The notes below the pieces were generated by a model. That model was not told the origin of the DNA and ran no database searches. It saw only the letters and a list, made by a program, of their open reading frames with translations. Shown one piece after another: positions 1-12,998 of a stretch of 59,368 nucleotides of DNA. Position 1 is the first letter of the stretch, and each line of letters begins with the position of its first letter. The DNA lies in NCBI RefSeq assembly GCF_006345805.1, contig NW_021835193.1, positions 1-59,368 of the forward strand, read 5' to 3'. A program made the position numbers and the translations under genes. Source of the stretch: Octopus sinensis (taxonomy: Eukaryota).

Positions 1-27
1 CGGGTAATTATATTCAGATACATACAG

Positions 28-59
<32 letters not shown>

Positions 60-332
60 ATACATTGATAGATTCCCTCACACATTATACGTGCCCTTAG
101 AATACGTAGTATGTATGTGTGTATTTATATTTGTATAGACGTATATGTAAATATAAATACATACATGTGTATGCATTCATGCATATATATATATAAGCAA
201 TTATATCAGTTTATGTGCGTGTGCATATGTGTATATATGTATATATGTGTATATACATGAATACATATATTTATACATCCATCCATCCATCCATCCATCC
301 TCCATACATACATACATACATACATACATACA

Positions 333-364
<32 letters not shown>

Positions 365-431
365 CATACAAACACTCTTATAAATGTATGCTGAAACTGT
401 GTGGATATAAATATTCATATATATATGCATT

Positions 432-432
<1 letters not shown>

Positions 433-513
<81 letters not shown>
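433..513 (+). repeat. (TATC)n microsatellite in a compound CATC/TACA/TATC/TA array
   Basis: Direct reading; neighbouring (TACA)n at ~305-365 and (TA)n at ~575-655. Confidence 0.95.
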
Positions 514-518
<5 letters not shown>

Positions 519-1094
519 GCCTATCTATTCTATTCTATTCTATTTTATTCTATTCTATGTGTTCGTGTATGTATGTATATATATATATATATTATATATT
601 TATATATATATTATATATTATGATATATATATATATATATATATAATATATATATATCTGAATGTATGCTTGCACTGCAACATAAGTGATAAATGAGATA
701 GTGGTGATCATTGTAAGATCAGTGCTTTTGATGTTGGCAGCTAAGCATTAAGATTGCTTTGAATTTTATGGCAGATTGTTAAATGCAAATTGACCACATC
801 TTTAGCTTTAGACATCCCCAACCCTGTCCCCCTTTTGAAAGCCGAGGTCTTAATGGCAAAACGAACAGTTTGAAATATACACTGTGTTCCTCGCAAAAGG
901 TCTTTGAATATTTCAACTCCAAACGATTACCTTAAGAGAGGGTATTGATCGTGATATGTCATTGATTAAGAAACAGGCAGAGTAATTGACGTCACTTCCG
1001 TATCGTAACAATAAAGAATTCAGGCTATCTCCAATACATACATACATACATACATACATACATACATACATACATACATACATACATACATACA

Positions 1095-1126
<32 letters not shown>

Positions 1127-1550
1127 CATATATATAAATATATATCAGAAGGAAGAAGACTTCTGAAATGACTTCCTTATGATTAACAAAATTATTCGAG
1201 AGATTGATTTAGGATAGATTAAGTGAATTTCGAAGGGAAAATAGGTATTTATTCAGCCACATCCGAGTACGTAGCAAACGAACATTGAGGAATATTGAAA
1301 AGAACAAACTCATCTAAAATCAAAAGGCAGCTGCGTTTCCTTTCTTTGCCAACGAAGTAGCTACCACTTTGTGTAACGTGTATGAGAATTACGATATTTC
1401 TGACCGCCACTGTATCGTATAATTCAGTAAATAGCTTCGTACGGTGTCAATCTATAAATCACTAATATAGTGCATGTGTTGGTCTATCTGTGTATGAAGT
1501 TATGAATATATATAGGCATGCAAGAATACAAATGGTGTATTTCTAAGTCT

Positions 1551-1551
1551 G

Positions 1552-1645
<94 letters not shown>
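1551..1645 (+). repeat. (TATC)n microsatellite
   Basis: Direct reading. Confidence 0.95.
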
Positions 1646-1648
<3 letters not shown>

Positions 1649-1653
1649 TTCAA

Positions 1654-1689
<36 letters not shown>

Positions 1690-1765
1690 ATGTATGTTTG
1701 TGTGTCTGTGTGTTTGTCTTTATACATATATATATATCACACACATATGTATGTATGTATATGTA

Positions 1766-1811
<46 letters not shown>

Positions 1812-1960
1812 GACACACACAAATGTATATATATCTTTTTGGTAAGAGATAATTATTAATTAATAAAAACAATATACTCCGGATGTGTTTAAAAAAAACT
1901 GCCTAGCATGCTCTCCGCACATGAAATTAATAGTAACTCATAAAAACAGAGCTGTGTGGA

Positions 1961-2105
1961 GGCGCAGGAGTGGCTGTGCGGTAAGTAGCTTGCTTACCAA
2001 TCACATGACACCGGTTGAGTTTTGGCAAGTGTCTTCTACTATAGCCTCGGGCCGACCAAAACCTTGTAAGTAGATTTGGTAGACAAAATCTGAAAGAAGC
2101 CTGTC

Positions 2106-2152
<47 letters not shown>

Positions 2153-2435
2153 GTGTGTGTATGTGTGTGTGTGTGTGTGTGTGTTTGTGTGTGTATGTGG
2201 GTGTAGTTGTGTGTGTGTGTGTATGTGTTTGTCCTCCACCATCGCTTGACAACCGATGCTGGTGTGTTTACATCTCTGTAACCTAACAGTTCGGTATAAT
2301 AGACCGATAGAATAGGAACTATGCTTACAGAGAATAAGTCCTGAGGTCGATTTGTTCGACTAAAGACAGTGATTTGACTGCATGACCGCAGTCAAATGAC
2401 TGAAACAAATAAAAGAATAAAAGAGTTAAAGAATA
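1961..2435 (+). mobile_element. tRNA-headed CORE-type SINE (family B) with internal (TA)n(TG)n tract, near full length
   Basis: Head GGCGCAGGAGTGGCTGTGCGGTAAG, CORE-like TTGGCAAGTGTCTTCTACTATAGCC, tail GCAGTCAAATGACTGAAAC plus AAAAGAAT/AAAAGAGT repeats; about ten homologues in this window. Confidence 0.85.
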
Positions 2436-2672
2436 AACGAATATATATATATAAGCACGCGCTGAGTTATAAGGTATATGTAGAGACATATATATGTGAT
2501 ATGCAGTGATTTAGACACATGAATCTCACAAGCCACATTTGATTTCGTCAAAACATCGTGAGTGTTTCTAACTATATGTATGTATCTATTTCTCTAAACA
2601 CACCCAAACACACATCTCTGTATATATATATATATATATATCGAAATTAGCAACAAGGATATCCAGAGGTAA

Positions 2673-2759
2673 TGCAGTACGATCGTTTCATGCAACTCCA
2701 TTTAATTGAACAATGCAATCATTACATCAATTTAAAATGCAGAACAATCTTAAGCTGCA
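2673..2759 (-). ncRNA. Type I hammerhead ribozyme, inverted copy with a damaged core (CUUAAGA)
   Basis: Minus strand reads TGCAG-CTTAAGA-long stem II-GAAA-CGATCG-TA-CTGCA. Confidence 0.55.
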
Positions 2760-2820
2760 CAAAGGTATAATCATACTAATGTGTCCATCTATTCTAATAT
2801 AATTAAATTCTATGTCTTTC

Positions 2821-2907
2821 TGCAGCTGAAGATTGCTCTTCATTTTAAATTGATGCAATGATTGCATTGTTGAATTAAATGGAGTTGCACGAAACGATCG
2901 TACTGCA
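2821..2907 (+). ncRNA. Type I hammerhead ribozyme with canonical core and long stem II
   Basis: Stem I TGCAG/CTGCA; core CTGAAGA (2826-2832); 58-nt imperfect hairpin as stem II; GAAA (2891-2894); palindromic ACGATCGT helix III; GUA cleavage triplet. The 10.1-11.1 position is a U.C mismatch. Confidence 0.75.
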
Positions 2908-3085
2908 TTACCTCTGGATATCATTGTTGCTTCTTTTGATTTTAATCACCTTACTTTGAAATTGTATGGATAATACCGTACTAAATTCTGGTGCCTCAAC
3001 TTAAGTACCATATTCATCTGAATGTAAATAAATTTTTGCTGAGCTCATCATCCATACCCAGAGTATGTATATACATATATATATA

Positions 3086-3125
<40 letters not shown>

Positions 3126-3191
3126 TATATAAACATATATATATATATATATATAGATAACATACTATATATATAATACATATATATATAT

Positions 3192-3270
<79 letters not shown>

Positions 3271-3519
3271 GTTGGATCTTACTTATAGGTATTGGAATCT
3301 TACATTGTGTATAAATTCTATATTTAGAATGAACAATTCTAAATGCTGTTGGATTTTTCTCATAAGGTATTGGAATCTTACATATATACCATTCTGCCTA
3401 AAAAATGGATCTACAAATTCAATATCCCTACATATCTCACATCTGTTTTCTCTCCTCCACCTCACTCTCCATTTTGTATCCAATCTAAATTAAGTATTAC
3501 TTAACCATCCTCTCACACC

Positions 3520-3567
3520 GTCTCCGATGAAGGGATATGATTAATATCCTGGAAACAGCTGTAAGAC
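3520..3567 (+). ncRNA. Type I minimal hammerhead ribozyme, C4 variant
   Basis: GTCT-CCGATGA-A-GGGATAT/gatta/ATATCCT-G-GAA-ACAGCTGT-A-AGAC. It sits in a Penelope pLTR-like stretch (~3270-3630) bounded by (TA)n. Confidence 0.65.
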
Positions 3568-4000
3568 CTATCTATAAATGTTCTAAAATCTACTCAGCCT
3601 TGGTATTCTTATCTCATTACGCAAAAAATTCTTATATATACATATATATATGCGTGTGTGTGTGTTTGTGTGTGTGTGAGTGCGTGTTTGTATGAGTGTA
3701 TATATATATGTGTGTGTGTGTGTGTATAAAATGAATGTATATATGTATACATACAGTGTAACTTTGTATGTATACGTATATATATAAATTAGAAAAAAAT
3801 ACCTTTTATCAATTCAAAATGAACAATTAGATTACACCATCTAGAAAATTACATATAATAGAAATATTAAAATTAAAATAACAATAATAATTTTCTAATT
3901 TATATATATATATATATATATATATTATATTGTGTGAAATTTGATTTCGTATTTCTAAATGAATTTCCCCTGTAAGTTAGGATTAATATCCCTCAAATAA

Positions 4001-4050
<50 letters not shown>

Positions 4051-4547
4051 TATATATATATATATATGTATGTATATATATATATAAATACAGACAAACC
4101 ACACACACCTCGCCCCCACATGCACACATATACATTCAGTTATATATTTACAAAGAAGTGTTAATGTAAGTATATTGCTGATATCAGTACTTGCATGGAT
4201 ATTTAGCCAAGATCAACTCTTGCATTCAACTTAGTATAGAAAGCAGATAACAAATCTTTGCTACATATTCTTCTACATTCAAGTGTATTATAGCATATAG
4301 CAGGTTTCGTGAGTGTTGATGGTGGACACATCTTCTTCTATAGCACCGGAAAACGTATCGCTAGGAACGCGCACTCATACAGTCTCATGCACACGTACAT
4401 GAACCATAAACGCACAAATATGCAAGGACAGAAACAATCCGACGCATGCGCAACACACTCATACACAAATTTCAAACAATGGACTGTCATTGACTCTATT
4501 AGCCTAATCTTGAATATATTTATGTTAGTATGTGTGAATATGTATGC

Positions 4548-4584
<37 letters not shown>

Positions 4585-4702
4585 ATTATTTATCCTTCAC
4601 CAACTCATTTCATATGTACATGCATGTATACGTATACACGTATACATATATTTCTCTGTCTGTCTCTCTGCATATATATATATATAATATATATATAGAT
4701 AT

Positions 4703-4752
<50 letters not shown>

Positions 4753-5075
4753 TATATATATATAAATTATAATATATATATATTATATATACATACTGTG
4801 TGTATATGCATATGTACATAATATGTATCCATATACACATAGATATGTACAAATATGCCACATATATATGTATATAGATACTTACATATATATATCTATA
4901 TATATATATATATCTATATATATATATATTATATATATAATTATATACACAAAGAGAGCGATAGAGGGAGATTGGTATGTGTATCTCTCTTAGTATATAA
5001 TATATATATATATATATAGTTACACACACACACTGACAGGAATACACATAAACACACGTACTAACACACACTCGT

Positions 5076-5156
5076 AGACACACATTGATAAGTACGTATC
5101 TTAGACACACACTAATATGTGCGTATCATAGACACACACTGATATGTACGTATCGA
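5076..5156 (+). repeat. 27-bp minisatellite, 3 copies
   Basis: TAGACACACA(T/C)TGATA(A/T)GTACGTATC repeated with small variants. Confidence 0.8.
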
Positions 5157-5620
5157 AGTCCGTTTAGCCTTTAGTAAGATCTGATAATCTTCAGCGTTTC
5201 CTGTTATTGGAAAGTATCCACTTTAGAATCAATGAGAGCAGACTGAATGCAAGCAGCTCTTTCTGACCACATGATAATATGCTTTTGTGCAAATAGATGG
5301 TGCATCCAGCTACTTTTTCAAATTCAATGAAGTTAATATTGTGCATGCGCGAACACGTTCGCACACATAACGTTGGAAGCGTTTGCTCGCACACACACCC
5401 TAAGTCTCTCAGGCATCTGCATACACACACATACACATATACACACGCGAACGCACGCACACGAACACATGAGCATAAGCACTCGCACGCACACTTAAGC
5501 ATGTAACTGCACGCACACAAAACTTCATATATTTAGATTCTGTTCTTGAATGGTCGAAACTTCACTGTCCATTTTTCTTCTCTTTCCATTCGTACAGCCA
5601 TTTGATAAATATATACATAC

Positions 5621-5670
<50 letters not shown>

Positions 5671-5939
5671 CGTTTGCATATGAGCGTATATACGTACGTA
5701 GCTATAATACAACCTCACGACACAAGCAGGGATATATATTAAGTCATACAAGGAAAATTCTGAAAGTGATTTCGAAGCCTCACTTTGGTCATCCTCTTCA
5801 GACAGTGTCATTACGGTAAAGAAGACGAAGCAACAGCCTTGAATTGTAAATTCTAATAAATATGTACTCTCGTTAAAAGATTGCTGCTAAATTGTTTTTA
5901 TACATGATTCGACATGAATAAAACACTCACACACACACA

Positions 5940-5985
<46 letters not shown>

Positions 5986-6109
5986 TATTTACATACATAC
6001 ATATACATATATATATATCCATATATATAAAACTCAACTTGTGTGTCTGTGTGTGTATCTGTGTGTGTGTCTGTGTGTGTATCTGTGTGTGTGTCTGTGT
6101 GTTTAACTT

Positions 6110-6552
6110 GCCGGCACATCTCCTCCTAGCCAACAAATCGCAGAACCACCAAAAATGGGGCACTTAAAGTTTAGGCGAATGGAAATTGAACTGTGCTATT
6201 TCTGTTCCGAAATTCATCTCGCAAGTGCAAATATCGATAATGTGTTTGTTTAGGCCTTATCCCATGCATTGAATAGTGAGCTTTACTCAGTCAGCTGTTT
6301 GACGTGAACTGTGTTCACCACGCGTGCAAGCATGCATAAATTGCATGAAAAATTAAAAAAATCAAGATATAAAAACGAATCGCCGTAAACATTGTAGAAA
6401 TTCGGCAAAGAAATGAACTTTCGGGATGTAGCCTGGAGGGTTTTTTCGTATTAATCGTTTGGACTTTGTGAACACATACCAATTGTTTTCATAACATTTT
6501 TAACGCTTTGAATTAAATGTGACCATTTTGCAAAGCCGGGCAATACTGCTAG
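6110..6552 (+). mobile_element. Possible non-autonomous Helitron 3' portion
   Basis: Ends GCAAAGCCGGGCAATACTG-CTAG followed by T, resembling Helitron 3' termini. The 5' boundary is not defined. Confidence 0.4.
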
Positions 6553-6592
6553 TATATATATATACTTTATTTAAAAGCAGCAGAAATATAAC

Positions 6593-6639
6593 AAAAGCTG
6601 TTACTCAGAGTTTCCCGTTCACGTTCGTCGGACTGTTTT
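6593..6639 (-). ncRNA. Candidate type I hammerhead, C4 variant
   Basis: Minus strand: AAAACAGT-CCGACGA-ACG/tgaa/CGG-GAA-ACTCTGAGT-A-ACAGCTTTT. Stems I and II are imperfect. Confidence 0.45.
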
Positions 6640-7173
6640 GTTAAAATAGAACAGAAATAACGATATGATCAAAACTAGTTAAAGGATACACCTTTTAAAA
6701 TGTCAATATAAATTCATCCTATTATTAAAAAAATTGAGGAAAAACCTTAAATCGAAGAGTTAGTTTTGTGTAGAAACGGAGTAGAGTTTATGGCCTTCGC
6801 AGACCTTCTCAATCTAATGAGATTGATGCTAATAATGTTCTGTTACAGGTCGGTGTCTATAGTTACGACGTTAAAGAGGTGACATTCCAGAGCAATCCTA
6901 AAAATACATCGAAAATTTAGACTAAAAGAATTTAATGAACAATTGGCAGAAAATGTAGAGGTGGAATGAAATGCTTCGCTGTATTTGGTTCTGATATGTT
7001 CTTTATTCGTATTTCACATTTAAACAACATAAACATCGTATGTAATGTACCAGTACATTCAAACTGGCGCCGTTTTCTGTCGGATTTTACAGTTAAGGTA
7101 CTAAAATTTGTCTCATGGTCAGTGACATAAAAACAAAGAAAAAAACAATGTCATTAATATTTATCCGAAGGAA

Positions 7174-7372
7174 GGCGGCGAGCTGGCAGAATCGTTAGCA
7201 CGCCGAGCAAAATGCTTATCAGTATTTCGTCTGTCTGCAAGTCCCAGGTTCAAATTCCGCTGACATCGACTTTGCTTTTCATCCTTTCATGGATCGATAA
7301 ATTTAGTACCAGTTGAACACTGAGGTCGATGTAATCGACTAGTACTCTTCCTCAAAATTTGAAACTAATATT
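7174..7372 (+). mobile_element. SINE family A (tRNA-derived head, conserved core, tail type 2)
   Basis: GGCGGCGAGCTGGCAGAATCGTTAG (A-box-like), GGTTCAAATTCC (B-box-like), core GCTTTTCATCCTTTC..GATCGATAAATTTAGTACCAG. Confidence 0.9.
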
Positions 7373-8737
7373 TATCGTAAGGAGATCTTAATGAAAGAAA
7401 GACGTCACGTCTATAAAATAAGATTCTTATGACTGCTAAATACAAAATAATTTCTTTCTGTTTTGATAAGTATATTTACCAGTATTAGCGTATATCTGCG
7501 TGTGTGTGTGTGTGCGTGTATATTTGTGAGTGTGGGTATATGCATACATACGAATATATAGATATATATATATATATATACATACACTCGTTTATGTTCA
7601 CACACACTTAGGTACTGTATGTATGTGTATGTAAGTCTGTTGTCAACAATCCTGGTGTCGCTAGTGTTGTTGACTTCTATGTTGTTAGTGGTGCATTTAT
7701 TTGCTGTGGTTGAGTATAGGAATTGATGTCTATCGTTATTCACAAGGGAGACGTTTTTAGAAGATCTTTAAAACGACCAGGTTTGAAAACTGAGCATACG
7801 ATGTGTAAAGCAATTGAAAAAGTCCTTTATTAGTTACTGGCAATTGGTTGAAGAGAAGAAGTAGGCATGAGAGCGGAAGAAAGATTGATAGATTCACATT
7901 TGTCGAACACAGACAGTAAATAGCTTTCAGACTTAATTAGCTGATTTCTACCAACACTACACGAAATCTACGTCTATTGAAACTCAAACATTGAACTTTT
8001 ATATCACTGGCATTTGCAACTTGCATTGGAATTTATCATGGCGACTTTATAAGGTAGAGGGTAGAGAACAGCTGCATACAAGTTCTGCCGTACACACGCG
8101 CACATGGCTACAGATAGAGACGAACATATTTCATATACTTTACATACTTCCACACACATCTCTAAATACTAACATATAAATCTTCTTCAAGGTTACACAT
8201 ACACAGACACACAGATACATACATACATACATACATACGCACATAGCTACGTACACTCTTTCACATATCTATAAATACTGAGATATTTCTTCGTGGTTAC
8301 ACATATATGCACACCTTTACATACCTTTAAGCATAGACACATTTTCTTCATCCTTACATCAGCAAACGCACACACACGCATATACATACGTCTACACACA
8401 CACACATATACACACGTATACTCACAAGCAAATATATACAGCCGCATAAATCCAAACACAAATATATATATACACATACGTGCATAAAATATATGGTATA
8501 TTTATAAACTCAATATTAACCAGGTTGTCAGAAACTGAATCGTGTTATCAGTATTTGAACTACAAATCTCTTACTTTCAAAAAATTACATTCTTTTCGGT
8601 CAGAGCCAAATTAACTCCGGTCAAGTTAAACTATGGTCAGAGATGTTCCTCGGGGTGGCCATCTCGTCATTTTAAGATTACTTTTTGAGGATTACATTAT
8701 CTGATGTGTCCTTTTCTTCATTATTATAAATTATTGA

Positions 8738-9320
8738 CATGCCGGACAAAATGCTTAGCAACATTTCGTCCGTCTTTACATTCTGAATTCAAAATTTGGC
8801 GAGATTGACTTTGCCTTTCATCATTTCGGGGTCGATAAAATAAGTACCAGTGGAGCACTGGGGCCTATTTAATCGACTGATGCCATCCCCCATGGTTTTG
8901 TGCCTAAATTTGAAATCATTATTAAGACAGTGGAAGGTGGCCAGCTTGTGGAATGGTTAATAAGTCAGACAAAATGTTTAGTGGCATTTTTTTCCGGCAC
9001 AAAACGTTCTGGGTTCAAATTCTACCCAGGTTGACTTTGCCTTCATTACTTTCGGGGTCGACTGAATAAGTACCCCTAAACACTGGGGTTGATGTAATCG
9101 ACTTACACCATCTTTTAAAATTGCTGGTATTGTGCCAGAATTTGAAACCATTAAGACAATAGAAGGTTGCTAGTTGGCAGAATCATTAGCACGCCGGACC
9201 AAATGTTTACTGGCATTTCTTCCAGTTCTATACTCTGAGTTCGAATACTGCCGTGGTCGGCTTTATCTTCCAACACTTTGGGGCCGATTAAATAAGTACC
9301 AGTTAATCATTTGGGTCGAT
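8738..9320 (+). mobile_element. Three tandem diverged SINE-A copies (tail type 2)
   Basis: Units at ~8738-8922, 8934-9152 and 9163-9320; units 2 and 3 are each preceded by AATTTGAAA..ATTAAGACA..GAAGG. Confidence 0.8.
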
Positions 9321-9717
9321 CTTGGTGGTGGTGGTGGTGGTGGTGATGATAGTGGGTGACATTGCTGTTGATGGGTGGTAGCGGTGGTCATGGGTCGTGG
9401 TTATGGAGGTTGTGATGGTGGTGGTGGTGGTGGTAGTAGCGATGGGAAGTGGTGATGGTGATGGTGGTGTAGTGGTAGTTATGTGTATTGTTGTTGGTAG
9501 TGGTGAGTATGGTGGTGCAAGATGGTTGCTTGACGTGGGTCTGTTTCATCTCTCGTCTTTGGCCTTTGATGGATGGTCGTTTTCAGGACTTAAAGGATTA
9601 TTATGTCCACAAGGATATTGAGGTTGAAACGGTAGTGTTAGTGCATCTGATCCATTTTACAGCTATTATTGCTTTTTGGTCACGTTGTGGCTGCTGTTTT
9701 ATTCTTGCTGGTAATGT

Positions 9718-9810
9718 TTCTTCTTCTTCTTCTTCTTCTTCTTCTTCTTCTTCTTCTTCTTCTTCTTCTTCTTCTTCTTCTTCTTCTTCTTCTTCTTCTT
9801 CTTCTTCTTC
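9718..9810 (+). repeat. (TTC)31 microsatellite
   Basis: Direct reading, 93 nt perfect. Confidence 0.97.
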
Positions 9811-10084
9811 TACTTATCACGCCATTAGCCACAAAGAATAATCTCTAATTCAAGCCGTCTCTAAGCTACTAAGAATGCGTGTGGCAACTTGAAGATCCAC
9901 CCACCAAAACGCAATAGACTGGCGGCTGCACGGGCGCGAAAGCTACGTTGTTATCCTCATTCCGTAACCGGTGGCTTTTAACGGGTAGAGAGCTGAACCA
10001 TCCTGGGGTACAGAGGATTCGCTATCTAAACTAGGATCTGAAAGTTTACCACACCATAGTGAGTTACACTTTGGTTCCTCTGGT

Positions 10085-10180
10085 TTGTGGCAGATGTAGG
10101 AAGAAAGAGTGTGAGAAAGTTGTGGTGAAAGAGTACAGCGGGGTTCACCCCCACCCCGCCAGAGCCTCGTGGAGTAATAT
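10085..10180 (-). mobile_element. SINE family C body fragment
   Basis: Reverse complement CTCCACGAGGCTCTGG..GCTGTACTCTTTCACCACAACTTTCTC matches the copies at 18490-18750 and 25420-25480. Confidence 0.65.
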
Positions 10181-10278
10181 TGCTGCTGCTACTGCTCCGG
10201 CTGTTGCTGCTGCTGCTATTGTTGTTGTTCTAGCAAGACTTATGGTAGTAGGATAAGAAGATAATTTTGACTTTGGCA

Positions 10279-10410
10279 ATCGGGTAGAAATTTCTCACGT
10301 CATGTATGTCACCCCAGTTTTATAAAATTCTATCACAATGCGCTTCTTATTCTCACCCTGATAACAAATAAATTCAGAGAATCTTTCCAGGTCCTCAAGG
10401 TTTTGTCAGT
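10279..10410 (-). mobile_element. Penelope-like GIY-YIG 3' fragment (same family as 12427-12705)
   Basis: Clear nucleotide homology to 12427-12555 (ATCGGGTAGAAATTTCTCACGTCATGTATGTCACC...). Confidence 0.75.
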
Positions 10411-11816
10411 TACTATATTTCGAAGGTTATCGCCAGTTAGCTTTCCTTGACAGTCGATGTGGCGTAGGTCATATTTCTATATGCATACTCTTTTTTTTTT
10501 TTTACCAGTGACTTTAACTACAATGGCATCCTTTGCTGCGTGATTTTCATTACAAAATAAAAATATTTCATTTTTGTATTTAATTTGCAATATTCTTGGT
10601 GTGAATTCCTGTGTCGAAACATGCTTCGTTGCATCCAGGGTGGTTCATTATGCCAATAATAAACACACGCACTGGTTCTATTTCACTCCTTTTTATTTGT
10701 CATTTGTCAGTTAGTCAACAATTTAACCAATTAGCTACACTAATTGATTGTTTGATTATTCATTCGTTCAAATAATCACTCAGCCATGTTCAAGAAAGTT
10801 CTTTTGTCACTATTCTTGATCTCAGCAATGATCCTCTTCAGATACAGCGAAAATAAAAATAAGGATGCCAAAACATGTTAAAAACAAATTTCAATCAATA
10901 AATTATAGGTTCCTCCAACAGTTGAACAGCCCAGAAACGAAACACCCAATAGTTTAATAGATAATTTCGTGACGTTTCATTGACGACACCATTCGTCGAA
11001 GGATCAACATCACAACATCTAATTTACCTAAAACACACAGACGCTGTGTCAATTTAGATGGCAACAAAATATTTCTCTCTTATAGACTCCACAAATATAT
11101 CTTCACGAGAGATAGTCGTTAACAGGACGAATATTCAAATCGATCGCTAAAGAGCAAATAGGGTATTGTTACGTTCACAAATTTACAAGGACATTAACAA
11201 CATCAAAGAAATTAGATAGTTAGCAACGACCAAGGATTGAAACTGAATCGAAGTATATCACCCCTATAACAAAGTAGAATGATATATTCCAAATGGGAAG
11301 TACTAATGCACTGGCAATATGTATTTCTAGTGTCGAAAATTTCAAACACTTTTTCCTGTCTGTTCGGAAACTTGTCATAATGATACGTTACGGACATATT
11401 CTCTCATAAACTCTTATGATAACCTCGGAGATAGCCTTGTAAATGTGTATATTTAAGTCAATTAACTACACCATTACCTCTACTGTCGAGCAAAAACAGA
11501 GAAATATCTACATTTAGCTAGATATAACTATAAGCATATTAGAGTTCGTTCCTATACGCACTGCACCTTCATGAAACAGGGGCTAAGTAGGATAATTCAA
11601 ACGCACACGATATCCTAATGCTTAGATGCAAAACATATACAAAATGCTTGCCCCTTAAAGAACACAAATACACACGCATGGACGCACACAGACACATACA
11701 TACATACACACACACACACACTCACACGCACAGACACAGTCTCACAGATGTTATGTGTGTTGCAACGTATATATGTATAGTCTGTGTTTCTACGTATGTA
11801 TGTATGTATGTACGTA

Positions 11817-11885
<69 letters not shown>

Positions 11886-11924
11886 GTATGCATGTATGTA
11901 CGTATATATATATATATATACATA

Positions 11925-11959
<35 letters not shown>

Positions 11960-12123
11960 ATACATATATAAATAGATGTATACATATATATACATGTATA
12001 TATGGTATATATATATATATATATACACACATACACATATATGTATAAATATATGTGTGTGTGAGTATAGATATATGTGTATATGTATGCGTGTATAAAT
12101 ATATGTATATCTATATATATATA

Positions 12124-12222
<99 letters not shown>

Positions 12223-12426
12223 ATGCATGCATGTATGTACAAGTTTGTGTTGAAGTATATATGAACATATACGATTGTATGTGCATATATATCTAAAATG
12301 TTCTTTAAATCTCATTTTTCTACTTATTAAATTAGTTTTGTATTCTTTATCTCTTCATTTACTCTTATAGATGTCTACGTTGAATGTGAGTGTTTGAAAG
12401 CCCAAACGGACCTAACCTCTCCTTAG

Positions 12427-12705
12427 ATCGGGTAGAAATTTCTCACGTCATGTATGTCACCAGAGCTTGATAGAATTCTATCACAATGCGCACCTTATTC
12501 TCACCCTAATAACAAATATGTTCAGGAAATCTTTCCAGGCCCTCAGGTTTTTGAAATGACGCGAAACCGGGGTGTCACTGCCGAGTCTGTCGTCTCGGAG
12601 GTGCTCCGCGAACCGGTCGGCCAAGCGGCGTCTCATTTGACCGATGTACAGAAAAGGGCAGAAAAAGTAGGAGATGCAGTAAATGACGTTGCTAGAAGTG
12701 CAGGT
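12427..12705 (-). mobile_element. Penelope-like element, GIY-YIG endonuclease fragment
   Basis: Translation TCTSSNVIYCIS...LYIGQMRRRLADRFAEHLRD...PVSRHF is typical of PLE GIY-YIG domains. Confidence 0.85.
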
Positions 12706-12805
12706 ATATATATGTATAAAGATAAATAGACACACACGCACGCACACACACATACATACACTACCATTCATCAGTCGTATATATTAGTATTGTCCTAAAT
12801 ATGAA

Positions 12806-12998
12806 AGCGACGAACAGGTAGAATCGTTAAGAGGCCAGGCAAAAAGCTTAGCGGTATTGAGTTCAAAATACGCTGAAGTCCACTTTGCCTTTCATCGTTT
12901 CGGGGTCGGCAGAATAAGTACCAATTGAACACTGGGATCGATGTAATCAACTTACCCACTGCCCCGAAATTAGTGGCCTTGTGCCAAAATTTTAAATT
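12806..12998 (+). mobile_element. SINE-A copy (tail type 2)
   Basis: GAATCGTTAAG..AAAAGCTTAGCGGTATT, GAGTTCAAA, core GCCTTTCATCGTTTCGGGGTCG. Confidence 0.8.

Larger units (their letters stand above)
2650..3060. mobile_element. Non-autonomous repeat (family W) containing an inverted pair of hammerhead modules
   Basis: 2650-2759 is the reverse complement of 2821-2931. A 5'-truncated homologue of the right part lies at 50035-50215. Confidence 0.7.

Noticed and set aside
5191-5520. Non-repetitive tail of a minus-strand ORF (NINFIEFEKVAGC...)
   Set aside because: No recognisable motif or convincing splice sites.
5757-5810. Minus-strand CTGAAGA...GAAA hammerhead-like layout
   Set aside because: Stems are marginal and the competing AAAGTGA/TCACTTT hairpin is stronger.
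9560-9640. Possible micro-exon (TTTTCAG|GACTTAAAG...GAG|GT)
   Set aside because: Weak donor, no recognisable peptide and no supporting neighbouring exons.
10800-10990. Partial hammerhead-like pieces (CTGAAGA at ~10840; GAAACGTC at ~10975, both minus)
   Set aside because: Neither has a complete core with matching stems.
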